IMG/VR virus record: IMGVR_UViG_3300030376_003877
Span: 1 to 64,000 of that record
Source: a virus
Lineage: Duplodnaviria > Caudoviricetes
Reading direction: 5' to 3' (one strand)
DNA length: 64,000 nucleotides
Shown: positions 26,015 through 35,712 of the stretch, one piece after another
How positions within the stretch are numbered: position 1 is the first letter of the stretch
How the letters are laid out: each line of letters starts with the position of its first letter
Made by a program: the position numbers and the translations under genes
The notes under the pieces: generated by a model
What the model was told of the DNA's origin: nothing
Database searches by the model: none
What the model saw: only the letters and a program-made list of their open reading frames with translations

Positions 26015-26652
26015 GCACAACAACCAACAGATTCAATGTTGTATATAGTATACTTGAAACTAACCTCTGCTGTAAAGTATTCTGTGTCGGCAAGTGTAGC
26101 ATCAAACTGTAATGTGGTCAAAGAGTATGGAAACATATCTTGAAAATGAACTTTGAAGTTTGGATTCATCATTGAATCGTACACTAGAAGAGTTCCATCA
26201 GAATACAGATTAAGACCTGTTTGTAAATCTGGTCTAGCAACTCCTTCTGTATTCTCCTGGAAATCATAGATTTGATCTAGTGATTCTGGAAAACCAATAC
26301 CTCTTATCCAGTTCTGTATTTCAATATAGTTTTCTAAATTTTCATCAACTAAAAATCTTAAATTTAAATCACCAAACTCAATGACATCTCCAGGTCTATC
26401 GATATTCTTCAAACCTGCAGTTGGTTGTATAGTAGTTCCTAAAATCAACTCAGGAATATTTACTGCATTACCAAAGAAAGCAACTTTAGGCGATCTTGAT
26501 ATAATCATCTTAAACCCAGAAGGTTGAAGAAAGTTTCTATCAGCAACTTGTTTTAACTTTGCTACTCTTTCTTTTTCCGAAGAACTACCTCTAATTGGTT
26601 GCCTAGTTCTTACTTGAGCAGCAGTTCCAAGTTTTCGTGATTGACCTGCCAT
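26011..26652 (-). CDS. gp3: Tail tube terminator/completion protein (gp3-like)
   Basis: NFLQPSGFK, FLVDENLENY.EIQNWIRGIG, FPYSLTTLQFD; ATAAATA at 26665-26671. Confidence 0.88.
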   Translation of the reverse strand: MAGQSRKLGTAAQVRTRQPIRGSSSEKERVAKLKQVADRNFLQPSGFKMIISRSPKVAFFGNAVNIPELILGTTIQPTAGLKNIDRPGDVIEFGDLNLRFLVDENLENYIEIQNWIRGIGFPESLDQIYDFQENTEGVARPDLQTGLNLYSDGTLLVYDSMMNPNFKVHFQDMFPYSLTTLQFDATLADTEYFTAEVSFKYTIYNIESVGCCA

Positions 26653-26681
26653 AATCTTTTTAGTTATTTATCTATTACCAT

Positions 26682-26708
26682 AAAAAAAGGACCCCACAAT
26701 GGGGGTCC
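26682..26708 (-). terminator. Intrinsic terminator after gp23
   Basis: GGACCCCC-ATTG-TGGGGTCC followed by T7. Confidence 0.85.
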
Positions 26709-26730
26709 CAGTGTTGTGTATCCTAATGGA

Positions 26731-28170
26731 TCACATAAGGTTCTTAACAGCAACTCTTCTGTAGTAACGGTTAGAGTTAATACGAAGTCTGCCAAGACCC
26801 TGAGTAGTACCCTCAGCGAATGGGTTAGCAACAAGACCATAACGAGTCTTAAAGCCAATTTTGGGCTGGAAGGTGTTCTCACCAACGGCGCGAACCATCT
26901 GGAGAGGAACATAAGGACAATAGAACAGTCCAGCGTCATAAGGAGAAGAACCCTTATAACCAACGACGTAATACTGGTTACCGGAAGCAGAAGCAGCATT
27001 GCCACTGGTCAGGTTTGCAGCGTATGGGTCGATGTATACGCGGAACTTGCCATTGATTGTACCAGCGAAAGTATTGCCGGTGTCGTCAACATTAAGGTTG
27101 GAGTTCAGAGCAGGGGTGTAATCCAGGATTCCTGCCATGGTCAGAGCGGAAGCAACGTCTGCGGAACACAGAACCATGTTGCCCTTCCCTCTACGAGTGC
27201 GCTGGGCAATCGCGTTGGCGTCTCTTTCGATTTGGAAAAGAAGACCTTTGAACTTCTCAACAGACCAGCGACCGTTGGAGTCAACGTCGAGGTCAAATAC
27301 GCCTTGAGTAGCGGTGTTAGAAACAGCACCCTGTTCAGCAACCTTGTAGATGGTTCTGATAACTTCTCTGTTGATTTCCGCAAGGATTTCAGTAGAGAGG
27401 ATGTTAGCAAGTTCTGCTTCAGCGTTAAGACCGTGGATTGCCTTAAGGTCTTGTGCCAGTTCCAAAGAGTACTCTGCTTTCAGAGCTCTGGACTTAGCGG
27501 TTACAGTGACTTTCTCGATAGAGAATGCCATCTGGTTGAAGTGATCTCCAGTACCTGATCCCAGGTTCTCAGAGTCACCAGTAACCATACCTTCACCAAC
27601 GTTGTATGGTGAGGGGTTGGTGGTTGCAGTACCAACGGGGTTAAGAACGGAAGGATTACCGCCTGAACCTTGTGAAGTAGTACCAAGACCGACAGGGCCA
27701 TCGGCAAAACCTGATTCCAGGTTGAAACCGTCGTCCTGACCGGAGAATGCGGTATCGACTTCATCGAAGAATGTCTCGTTACCGCTCTGATTGTTGTAGC
27801 GGGAACGCATTGCGAAGATCAGTCCAGTAGGACCGTTCATCGGTTGAACGCCAGCAAGGTCATATGCGACCAGGTTAGGCATTGCGCGTCTGATCAAGGA
27901 GATCAGAACAGGGTCGAAACCAGCAACAGGGCCAGCAGCGGTTGCATTAGCACCAAAACCACCTGAAGCACCAGCAGCATTAGCTGCGTTGGTGGGGGTT
28001 TCCATCAGGTTAATGCCCTGACTAAATGCTGCTTCCTCTTTAAGGAACTTTTCTTGGTTTTCGAGCAGGACGGCGGTTACCGATCTACGATGAGAGTCTT
28101 TGATTGGATCAAGACCCTCATAATCGAGAAGGGGACTCCACTTTTCCTGCAGATGTTCAGATTGGAACAT
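26731..28170 (-). CDS. gp23: Major capsid protein precursor
   Basis: LQEKWSPLL, FDPVLISLIRRAMP, GVQPMNGPTGLIFAMR, YCPYVPLQM, FQPKIGFKTRYG. Confidence 0.98.
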   Translation of the reverse strand: MFQSEHLQEKWSPLLDYEGLDPIKDSHRRSVTAVLLENQEKFLKEEAAFSQGINLMETPTNAANAAGASGGFGANATAAGPVAGFDPVLISLIRRAMPNLVAYDLAGVQPMNGPTGLIFAMRSRYNNQSGNETFFDEVDTAFSGQDDGFNLESGFADGPVGLGTTSQGSGGNPSVLNPVGTATTNPSPYNVGEGMVTGDSENLGSGTGDHFNQMAFSIEKVTVTAKSRALKAEYSLELAQDLKAIHGLNAEAELANILSTEILAEINREVIRTIYKVAEQGAVSNTATQGVFDLDVDSNGRWSVEKFKGLLFQIERDANAIAQRTRRGKGNMVLCSADVASALTMAGILDYTPALNSNLNVDDTGNTFAGTINGKFRVYIDPYAANLTSGNAASASGNQYYVVGYKGSSPYDAGLFYCPYVPLQMVRAVGENTFQPKIGFKTRYGLVANPFAEGTTQGLGRLRINSNRYYRRVAVKNLM

Positions 28171-28223
28171 TTGCTTTACCTCTTTTAAAAATTTTTAGTG
28201 GTTTGTTTGAATCAATTTTGTGT

Positions 28224-29300
28224 TCACTTATTAAAAGCACCCAGTGCTTTAAGATACTGATCCATACCTGCTTTAGCAGGTGCATCCGTAGTATCTACTC
28301 CCTCAGAAAGGGTTTGTTGGGATGCTTGGGGGGCTGAAGTTGATGTTGAGGAGAAATATGACTCCTTAAGGGTTTCCAGCTTCCCACGATATTCTTCTTC
28401 ACTTTCAAACTCAACACTTTCGGCAAGTGAAGCGAGCTTCTCTTTCTGGGTCTCTGCAAGACCTTCAGAAATTTGATCTAAGATACCATCGGCAACCGAC
28501 TCTGCGAGACGCTTGTTTAGGGAAATATTCTTATCGATCTGCTCGTTGAGCTTGGTCTCCATTTCATCAAGTTTGTCTACCATGCTTTCCAGCACATCAT
28601 ATTTTTCTTCAGGGATTGTTACATAATGTTCTTCAAAAAGACCCTTCATTCCGGCAAGGAATGATTCGGTCATATCAGTCTTAAGACCTGCTTCTACAGC
28701 AAGTGCATTCTCGGTCATCCACTCTTCGCAGACGTACTCAAGATAAGAATCAACTCTTTCAGTTAGTGATTCCTTAAGACCTTCTTTTTCTTCTTGTAAT
28801 GCTTGATCATAACGTTCTTCCAGAACTGCCTGGATTTCTTTCACTTTAGAGTTAAGAGCGGCTTCAAAGATAACCTTTGCTTTCTCTCTAAACTCTTCGG
28901 AGAGTTCTTCGCCTCCAAGAAGAGCATTGACATCTTCATCGATATCAATACCATCATCTTCAGAGGACTCCTCTTCGATGACTTCTTCAGTCTCATCAAC
29001 TTGATCCTCTTCAAGGACCTCTTCTTCGACTTCAGTTTCTTCTTTGGACATTTTTGCCATTGCATCAGCAGACTTAGCACCACGATTAACAACGTCTTTG
29101 ACGGTCTTAATCTTGGGTTCTTTAAGTTTTGCTGAATCATCATCAGGCTTGTAGTTCTCTGGGGTAGGACCACCGAGATCTTCAACAGACGCTAGTTGTG
29201 TGCCTGGATCAGCCAATTTAGGCATAGAATCACCAGCTTTAGCGTTCGCGTTCACAGCAGTTTTAGATTGCTCCATTTCTTGTAAATCTCCACGAGACAT
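28224..29300 (-). CDS. gp22: Prohead core scaffolding protein
   Basis: Acidic helical protein, FREKAKVIFEAA, YLEYVCEEW; tandem TAAATA boxes at 29334-29345. Confidence 0.93.
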   Translation of the reverse strand: MSRGDLQEMEQSKTAVNANAKAGDSMPKLADPGTQLASVEDLGGPTPENYKPDDDSAKLKEPKIKTVKDVVNRGAKSADAMAKMSKEETEVEEEVLEEDQVDETEEVIEEESSEDDGIDIDEDVNALLGGEELSEEFREKAKVIFEAALNSKVKEIQAVLEERYDQALQEEKEGLKESLTERVDSYLEYVCEEWMTENALAVEAGLKTDMTESFLAGMKGLFEEHYVTIPEEKYDVLESMVDKLDEMETKLNEQIDKNISLNKRLAESVADGILDQISEGLAETQKEKLASLAESVEFESEEEYRGKLETLKESYFSSTSTSAPQASQQTLSEGVDTTDAPAKAGMDQYLKALGAFNK

Positions 29301-29333
29301 TTGAACTTACTCCGATTAACCTTATTTAATCTA

Positions 29334-29345
29334 TATTTATTTATA
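29334..29345 (-). promoter_or_regulatory. Tandem late promoter boxes for gp22-gp23
   Basis: TATAAATAAATA. Confidence 0.8.
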
Positions 29346-29356
29346 ATTTAGTAACC

Positions 29357-30007
29357 TTACAGGTTACTAAGGAAATTATTGAACAGATTCAGTTTCTGCT
29401 CATCCAGTTGACCTTGATCAACTAAAGTATTGATCTGTTTATATGTTTTGGCGGCTGATCTTTCACGAAGAATACCACCATCCCATACCCAATCTTTTCC
29501 TTCCATAATACCTTCAACGAAAGCATCAGGAGCAGAAGGATCAGCAACAATATCTGCAGCAGTGGAAAGCATGAAGTCGTCACCAACAACATTTACACCT
29601 TCTCTTGTTGCTTTTAAGGATCCAATTCCTCTAGAAGAAACACCAAGTTTAACTCCTTCTCCAATGAGAGATTCTGCAATCTTACCCATTGGAGTCGAAA
29701 GGATCTTTGCTTTACCAATAAAGTTAGTTCCGTTTTCTTTAAGTGAAACGATTTTGTGACTAACGCGATCCAAATTAACAGTTGGACCATCTGGATGTCC
29801 AAGTTCTCCAAGTGCTCTACCTGATTGGATATGATTTTCATTGTATCTTTGAACTTCCTTTCTCAGGACAGACATAGGATACATTCTTCCATTCCTGTTC
29901 TGCATCTCACCTTGAAGAAAGATACCTTCAATGAACATATTTTTCTTACCGTTGCGTTCTTCAACGATAAAATCTACTGATTCGATTTCTTCTCTAATAA
30001 GTTTCAT
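29357..30007 (-). CDS. gp21: Prohead protease
   Basis: IEGIFLQ, NRNGRMYP, ALGELGHP, GVSSRG, DIVADPSAPDAFV. Confidence 0.96.
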   Translation of the reverse strand: MKLIREEIESVDFIVEERNGKKNMFIEGIFLQGEMQNRNGRMYPMSVLRKEVQRYNENHIQSGRALGELGHPDGPTVNLDRVSHKIVSLKENGTNFIGKAKILSTPMGKIAESLIGEGVKLGVSSRGIGSLKATREGVNVVGDDFMLSTAADIVADPSAPDAFVEGIMEGKDWVWDGGILRERSAAKTYKQINTLVDQGQLDEQKLNLFNNFLSNL

Positions 30008-30012
30008 TGTTC

Positions 30013-30579
30013 TTAAGATTGCTGTACTTGTTGGACGTATGCTACACCAGTGCCGGTTTGTGCTTTGACAGCAACTGATATTGATTTTCTAAGTTCAGTG
30101 TAATTATCTGAATTGAAAGCAGTAACTATTCCTGAAGAATCATTATTAACAGTAATTCTGGTATTATAATATCCACCAGATTGAATATTACCAGTGTTAA
30201 TCGCCGTTACAACTTTGTGAGTAAAGTTGTAATATGGTTGAGCGATTTGAGTTCCTGATGTAAGTGTTACTGCATCACCTACAGAAAAAGGAGAACCTGT
30301 CCCTTCTGGAAAATCAATAATCGTGGTAACACCCGTAGTGATACCAACAACTCTTTGCGATGCTGGTCTTCCAATAGCAATTTCTTCTGGTCCAGTCGAA
30401 GGAACATAAAAGTTTGAATTAGTTGCCGTAGGAGTCACTCCAATAGCAACATGAACTCCTACACCTTCAGCAACTACCCTGATAGTATCAGTTTTTTGAC
30501 TGATAGGTAAAGTTACAGCAGTTGAACTTGTAGAAGATGAAATTGATTGCGAAATTCCTACTGGAGTTAAAGCAGACAT
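30013..30579 (-). CDS. Hypothetical virion-module protein
   Basis: 188-aa Thr/Ser/Gly beta-rich ORF in the head cluster; ATAAATA at 30608-30614. Confidence 0.75.
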   Translation of the reverse strand: MSALTPVGISQSISSSTSSTAVTLPISQKTDTIRVVAEGVGVHVAIGVTPTATNSNFYVPSTGPEEIAIGRPASQRVVGITTGVTTIIDFPEGTGSPFSVGDAVTLTSGTQIAQPYYNFTHKVVTAINTGNIQSGGYYNTRITVNNDSSGIVTAFNSDNYTELRKSISVAVKAQTGTGVAYVQQVQQS

Positions 30580-30613
30580 TATTATAAAGTAGACGACTTA
30601 TTAATGTTATTTA

Positions 30614-30799
30614 TTATTCTTCAGATTCGTCGGAATCTTCCTCTGTTTCTAATCTTGGATCGTCAAAAACAGAAGCAGCCACTTGAGGTCTCAAGTCTGA
30701 TATTTTTTCTGCCGACTTAGCAAATAAAATATCTTTGATTTTATCACTTACTTGTGCTGGTGACTCGTCAGCAGCAAGCAAATCTACTAGTTCTTCCAT
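30614..30799 (-). CDS. Small acidic protein, probable prohead core component (gp67/68-like position)
   Basis: 61-aa ORF directly after the portal gene; CTAAATA at 30823-30829. Confidence 0.7.
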   Translation of the reverse strand: MEELVDLLAADESPAQVSDKIKDILFAKSAEKISDLRPQVAASVFDDPRLETEEDSDESEE

Positions 30800-30825
30800 G
30801 TTTAAAATAATGATTTATTATGTAT

Positions 30826-32508
30826 TTAGATTTCTCCACCAGTAGGTGTTTCAAATTTCTTCTCATCAATCTCTGGTGCTTGAGGGGTAGATCCCATAAC
30901 ACCTCCAGAAGTATCTCCAGGAACTGGTGCCATTGGTTGTCCTGTAGCAGGATCAATATCCATAGATGCTGGATCAGGAATCAAACCACTTTCGATTTCT
31001 TTCTCAATCAGTTTATCCTGCTCTTCAATTTCTTGATCGCTTTGACGTAAAATATTTCTTCTAACATAATCGTTAGAGTAGTACTTACCAACATATGGTT
31101 CAACTAACTGAGCAAGATTGACTCTTTCCGTAGTAAGTTCTGCTTCTTTGAGTTCAGCAAAATGGTTGTCGTATAAGAAGTCATATTGAATATGATCAGA
31201 CATTACTTCCCAATCTTCAGGAGTAATGATATTTTTAAGAATTAACTGTGTTCTCAGCATGTCGCTAAACATATCTGAGAATCTCTTTCTCATTCTTCCA
31301 ACAAACTTGGAAAACTTAATCTCATCTCTTAGAATCTCTGATGAACGACCCATTGAGAAACCAGTTTCTCCTTGAATTCTAGTTTCAGGTACATTGAGTG
31401 ATCTATACAACTTCTTTTGGAAGTAGTTGATATCGGTAATTTCTCCAAGATTTTGTCCACCTGGTAGAGTTGTAATCTCAGTTCCTCTACCACCTTCACG
31501 TCTAGGAAGCCAGAAGTCTTCCATCATAGACATATGCTTCTTATCATCACGAACTTCGCCAGTGTTGGCGTCATAGACAAGTTTATTCCTATAACGCATC
31601 ATCACATCACGAAGATACTGTTCTGCCTTTACCTTAGGTAGATTGCCAACATCAATGTAGAAGATTCTTCTTTCTGGTGCTCTTGAAAGTCTATAGATGA
31701 CAAGAGAATCCTCAATCATCATCAATTGATTAAGTGGTTTGATTGCTTTATGCAACCAAGAAAGAGTTGATCCCTTATTTCTATCTACTAATCCCGAAGT
31801 GCAATATGTTATTGAATCTCTAGTCATTTTGATGCCTTTTGAAGCACCACTAGTTGACATTGTTCCAGTATTATATCCTCCAGTTGATCCAGAACCACCG
31901 GGAGAATATATAAAAAACTCTTCAATTTCTGGAAAATCATATGTCGCAGGATCTTCTCTTCTAATATTTGAAAGAGGATTATTACCGTTTTTTGGTTTCT
32001 TTACCTGACGAACATAACGCATTTTTGATGCGTCAATATATCTTAGTTCTTGAATACCAGCAGTGGGATTCTTTTGATCAATAACTTTATTATAGTATAG
32101 TCTTCCATCAATATACCAGTTACGAAAGATTTCATGTGCCTTCTTATCAAAATCAAGAAGTTCTAAAATACGTTTGAACTCTTCTCTTACTTTCTTTTTA
32201 ATTCCATCGCTTGCGTTTAAGTTTGATAGTTCAATACTTACAGGACTATCATTCGTATCAGCAACAATTGCTTCATTTACGACATCTTCAATAGCACTAT
32301 CACATTCTGGATAGAGCGACATTGAACGATATCTTCTGATAAGTTCATTTTCGTTCTTATATACGCCTTCAATATCTACATATGAACCATAAAAACCCGT
32401 CGTGACATAGTGTTCAGATCCATCCTGGTTATTAGGAGGGATCGGAGATACTACACCAGACGAGTCTTTATCATCATCTTCAATTGAGAAACCAAATAAT
32501 CTCGACAT
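30826..32508 (-). CDS. gp20: Portal vertex protein
   Basis: WYIDGRLYY, YRLSRAPERRIFYIDVGNLP, EDFWLPRREGGRGTEITTLPGG. Confidence 0.98.
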   Translation of the reverse strand: MSRLFGFSIEDDDKDSSGVVSPIPPNNQDGSEHYVTTGFYGSYVDIEGVYKNENELIRRYRSMSLYPECDSAIEDVVNEAIVADTNDSPVSIELSNLNASDGIKKKVREEFKRILELLDFDKKAHEIFRNWYIDGRLYYNKVIDQKNPTAGIQELRYIDASKMRYVRQVKKPKNGNNPLSNIRREDPATYDFPEIEEFFIYSPGGSGSTGGYNTGTMSTSGASKGIKMTRDSITYCTSGLVDRNKGSTLSWLHKAIKPLNQLMMIEDSLVIYRLSRAPERRIFYIDVGNLPKVKAEQYLRDVMMRYRNKLVYDANTGEVRDDKKHMSMMEDFWLPRREGGRGTEITTLPGGQNLGEITDINYFQKKLYRSLNVPETRIQGETGFSMGRSSEILRDEIKFSKFVGRMRKRFSDMFSDMLRTQLILKNIITPEDWEVMSDHIQYDFLYDNHFAELKEAELTTERVNLAQLVEPYVGKYYSNDYVRRNILRQSDQEIEEQDKLIEKEIESGLIPDPASMDIDPATGQPMAPVPGDTSGGVMGSTPQAPEIDEKKFETPTGGEI

Positions 32509-32535
32509 TATTAGAATAGAAACGACCGTTCTAGT

Positions 32536-32542
32536 TATTTAT
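32536..32542 (-). promoter_or_regulatory. Late promoter for gp20
   Basis: ATAAATA overlapping the gp19 stop. Confidence 0.7.
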
Positions 32543-33180
32543 CACTGAACCAGAGTCTGTCCTCTAGCGCCTCTATTTCTCTGGAGAGAATTACCAATAG
32601 TGAAGTACTGAACCTGGAAGGTTACTTGGAACTCCTCAATGGTATCACTGCTATCATAACTCAGGTCAATAGCAGATACTTCGGTTGGGAAGATATCATA
32701 GAACTTGTAATTTCTAAGTTCCGAACTTGATCCACCTCTGCTGTTTCTGGTTGCGTTTACCTCTCTACCTCTGCCAAGTTGCTGAACATAAGCATCAGTC
32801 ATATATGAAGAAGGATTGGTGACACCAGTAGCATCGTTTAACTTGCTAAGGGTATTCATCCAAATTTCAAAAGCAGTTCTCAGTTGGAAGTCTTCATCAT
32901 TGATGATGGTAACAGACCATGTATCAAAAGTTCTGTCTCCAGCAACTTTTAAAATACGACCTCTGAAAGGAACGGGTACTTCAGCAATAGTTGATGCTGG
33001 AAGTTGTGCAGTCTTACATAAAAATCTAAACTGACCACTCTCGTTGTTGCCTCCGTTTCTCCAAACTCTTCTGCTGATAGCAGCAGGGAATGCAGGAATA
33101 GAAACTTCAAAGAGATTGGGGCGGGCCCCACCGCCCGCTAATCTGTTCTTAAACTGTGATAAGGTTTTTGTTTGTGCCAT
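32542..33180 (-). CDS. gp19: Tail tube protein
   Basis: GGGARPNLFEV, FRGRILKVAGDRTFDTW, IEEFQVTF. Confidence 0.96.
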   Translation of the reverse strand: MAQTKTLSQFKNRLAGGGARPNLFEVSIPAFPAAISRRVWRNGGNNESGQFRFLCKTAQLPASTIAEVPVPFRGRILKVAGDRTFDTWSVTIINDEDFQLRTAFEIWMNTLSKLNDATGVTNPSSYMTDAYVQQLGRGREVNATRNSRGGSSSELRNYKFYDIFPTEVSAIDLSYDSSDTIEEFQVTFQVQYFTIGNSLQRNRGARGQTLVQ

Positions 33181-33216
33181 GGTTTTGTCCTCTTATACTA
33201 TTATTACGATGTTAAA

Positions 33217-35403
33217 TCAAACTGAACCAACGACTTCTTCAAAACTTACTCCAGTTCTGGTAGCAACAAATGTCAGTGTGACGTAGTTGATGGAACGTGT
33301 AGGAGCGATGAAGATATCTGCTCTAAACTCATTGTTATCAATGATAGCAGGGGTGTTGTTTGTTTCGTCACAGACGATTGAGAACTCTTGAATACCTCTT
33401 TGTGCCTGAACATCTCTCAGGTAAGGTTCAACAATGTTAACGAAGTTTGCCCTCGTCTCATCATCATTGATTTCAAAGAGTTGATCATTTGCTGCTTCTT
33501 CAAGTGCTTGCTCAACTGTGAGGAACAGACGACGAACATTGATTCTATCGAATGCAGAAGAATAACCAAGAGCAGTCTTATCACCAAACAGGATTACGCC
33601 CTGTCCACTTTGATTGATTACAGAGTTGATTCTAGATCCGTATAGGATATCACGCTGTGCTTTGTTTGGATTGAGAGCAAGTTTAATAGTATTATTAATG
33701 TTGCCTCTTTGCTGACCAGCTGGCGAGAACCAAGGGAATGCCTCAATAGATGTTCTTACCATCAATCCAGCAATATCACCATTCATTGGGACATAACGGA
33801 ACTCATTATTGAATCTATCATAAACATACTTGTAACCACTATCCAATACAGCGTAAGAGGATGATGTTACAGGCGAATAGAACTTCAGAAGATTGTTGAC
33901 TTGTGCAGTTGAAGTTGTTACGTTAACAACATTTTCTCTGTGAGGAGAAATGGTTGCCATGCAATCCTTTCTTAGTTCAGCAATAGAAATGAGTTTGTTT
34001 GCCTTTGCTTGTGATTCAATTTCTGAACCAAGTCCAGGACCCATCATCAAATAATCAACAGCAATCTCATCTCTGTTTGCGAACAGTTCATATGAAGTAG
34101 ATAGGGATCCAAGAGTTGCACCCATACCGCCGTTAGCAGAATAGTCAACACCACCACCTAAGGTATATGTCTTGTTTCCAATAGCACTATAGGTTACACC
34201 ACTTGCTTCCTGACCCCATAGACCGTCTCCTCTACTAACTGCAGTGTAGGCAGTTGAGAATCCAGTAGCAACAGGAGTTGTACCTTGATAAGAATCATTT
34301 GCGGATGAAGGATTATATCCTGCAAAAATCCAGTTAGAGTTATTAGCAAGATAACTCTTATAATATGTTTTGGTTGGTGCATCGCCATCTGCTTCGGAAT
34401 CTGATGCCTTAGACAAATTAGACCAAGATTCTAATAGGTTGCCTGAGATGCCAGTTACTGCACCTGTATCATCTACGACAGCAACGTGCATAGAATCATT
34501 CTTTCCACCTCTTGTGGAGACATAGTTGCTAGTTACTGGTCTTGGAGCAATCGACTTCCAGAAAATTGTTGAGTTGGATAGATTCAAAGTTTGTGAATCA
34601 TACCAGTCATTCGCATTGAGTGCAGCGATTGTCGTTGTTGAGGTCACTCCAGCATTGGTAACAAACGAAAGAGTATCTGCTGCTTCAAATGCTTGAGAAG
34701 GATTGTTTTCCTGATATGTAATAGGATAAACAGTTCCAGCAGTTGAAACTCTTGATACGATTCTAACGTCAATCGAACTCTTGCTGTTCGTTGCATCCGT
34801 GCTGACACCTGTAATGATTCCTTTCAGATATCCATTAAAGGTTGAGGTTGTACCAGCACCAGGAATGGGAACGCTAGAAAGGGAGGATGTAATACCGTAA
34901 CCAACAGCAACTCCAAGAGCAGAAGGATCAGTAGTCGTAATTCCTAAAGTCTGATCTGCAAAGTTATCAATCGTGCAAACCTTCAGACTATTTGCCCATG
35001 TACCAGGATTTCTAGCAGCATACGTGAAGTTTGTAGCAGAAGAAAAATTCTCCTCATAGTCATCGTAGTTTTTAATCTTCGATGCGGTCGTACTTGCAGC
35101 ACCAACACCTGCGTTAGCATTGTTCAGTGTTGAACCATCTGTTCTTACAACCTTAAGAACCCCACCATAGGAGAGGTATTCCGAAGCGGTCATCCAGTAT
35201 TCGTATTGTCTATCAGTACTCATAGGAGTACCAAAAACGTTGATCAGTTCTTGTTGAGTAGAAATATCATATGGTTCATCGATAGGACCCAATTTAAATG
35301 GACCAGCAATAGCGCCAATATTATCAAGAACGTTTTCAGCTCTCCCTACTGTTAGATCAACTTCTCTGACTATTACGCCTGGAGATAATTGAGGAGTCGC
35401 CAT
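33217..35403 (-). CDS. gp18: Tail sheath protein
   Basis: SPGVIVREVDLT, WFSPAG, GDKT, FDRINVRRLF, RSINYVTLTF; ATAAATA at 35438-35444. Confidence 0.97.
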   Translation of the reverse strand: MATPQLSPGVIVREVDLTVGRAENVLDNIGAIAGPFKLGPIDEPYDISTQQELINVFGTPMSTDRQYEYWMTASEYLSYGGVLKVVRTDGSTLNNANAGVGAASTTASKIKNYDDYEENFSSATNFTYAARNPGTWANSLKVCTIDNFADQTLGITTTDPSALGVAVGYGITSSLSSVPIPGAGTTSTFNGYLKGIITGVSTDATNSKSSIDVRIVSRVSTAGTVYPITYQENNPSQAFEAADTLSFVTNAGVTSTTTIAALNANDWYDSQTLNLSNSTIFWKSIAPRPVTSNYVSTRGGKNDSMHVAVVDDTGAVTGISGNLLESWSNLSKASDSEADGDAPTKTYYKSYLANNSNWIFAGYNPSSANDSYQGTTPVATGFSTAYTAVSRGDGLWGQEASGVTYSAIGNKTYTLGGGVDYSANGGMGATLGSLSTSYELFANRDEIAVDYLMMGPGLGSEIESQAKANKLISIAELRKDCMATISPHRENVVNVTTSTAQVNNLLKFYSPVTSSSYAVLDSGYKYVYDRFNNEFRYVPMNGDIAGLMVRTSIEAFPWFSPAGQQRGNINNTIKLALNPNKAQRDILYGSRINSVINQSGQGVILFGDKTALGYSSAFDRINVRRLFLTVEQALEEAANDQLFEINDDETRANFVNIVEPYLRDVQAQRGIQEFSIVCDETNNTPAIIDNNEFRADIFIAPTRSINYVTLTFVATRTGVSFEEVVGSV

Positions 35404-35437
35404 GTTTTTCTCCTAAATGTCTCGAATTAACTAAAAA

Positions 35438-35444
35438 TATTTAT
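35438..35444 (-). promoter_or_regulatory. Late promoter for gp18-gp19
   Basis: ATAAATA 35 nt upstream of the gp18 ATG, SD AGGAG. Confidence 0.75.
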
Positions 35445-35481
35445 GAAAATATGAGTTTTGAGAGGGGAAATGTGACGTGAA

Positions 35482-35712
35482 CTACCAATCTGGATAGGAT
35501 TCCCCGATAGAAGGGTGTATATTTTTTCTGCTGTCAATAATTCTTTTGATTGTACAGTCTTTGCATTCATAAGAGAATGATGATGAGACTGGACCTTTAT
35601 CTTTTCTTGTTCTGTAAAATCCATCGATTAAATTTTTTGTCCTTCCACAGGTTCTACACTTTCTATCATCTAGAAGTAAGTGACCAAGTTTAATCTGCTT
35701 GTCTAGATCCAT
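35482..35712 (-). CDS. Small zinc-ribbon protein (CxxC...CxxC)
   Basis: RKCRTCGRTK...FYRTR...YECKDC; 76 aa between gp17 and gp18. Confidence 0.75.
   Translation of the reverse strand: MDLDKQIKLGHLLLDDRKCRTCGRTKNLIDGFYRTRKDKGPVSSSFSYECKDCTIKRIIDSRKNIHPSIGESYPDW

Noticed and set aside
26641-27558. 305-aa plus-strand ORF antisense to gp23
   Set aside because: In-register shadow of a strongly codon-biased gene; no promoter or SD, no recognisable motifs, and it runs through the gp23 terminator.
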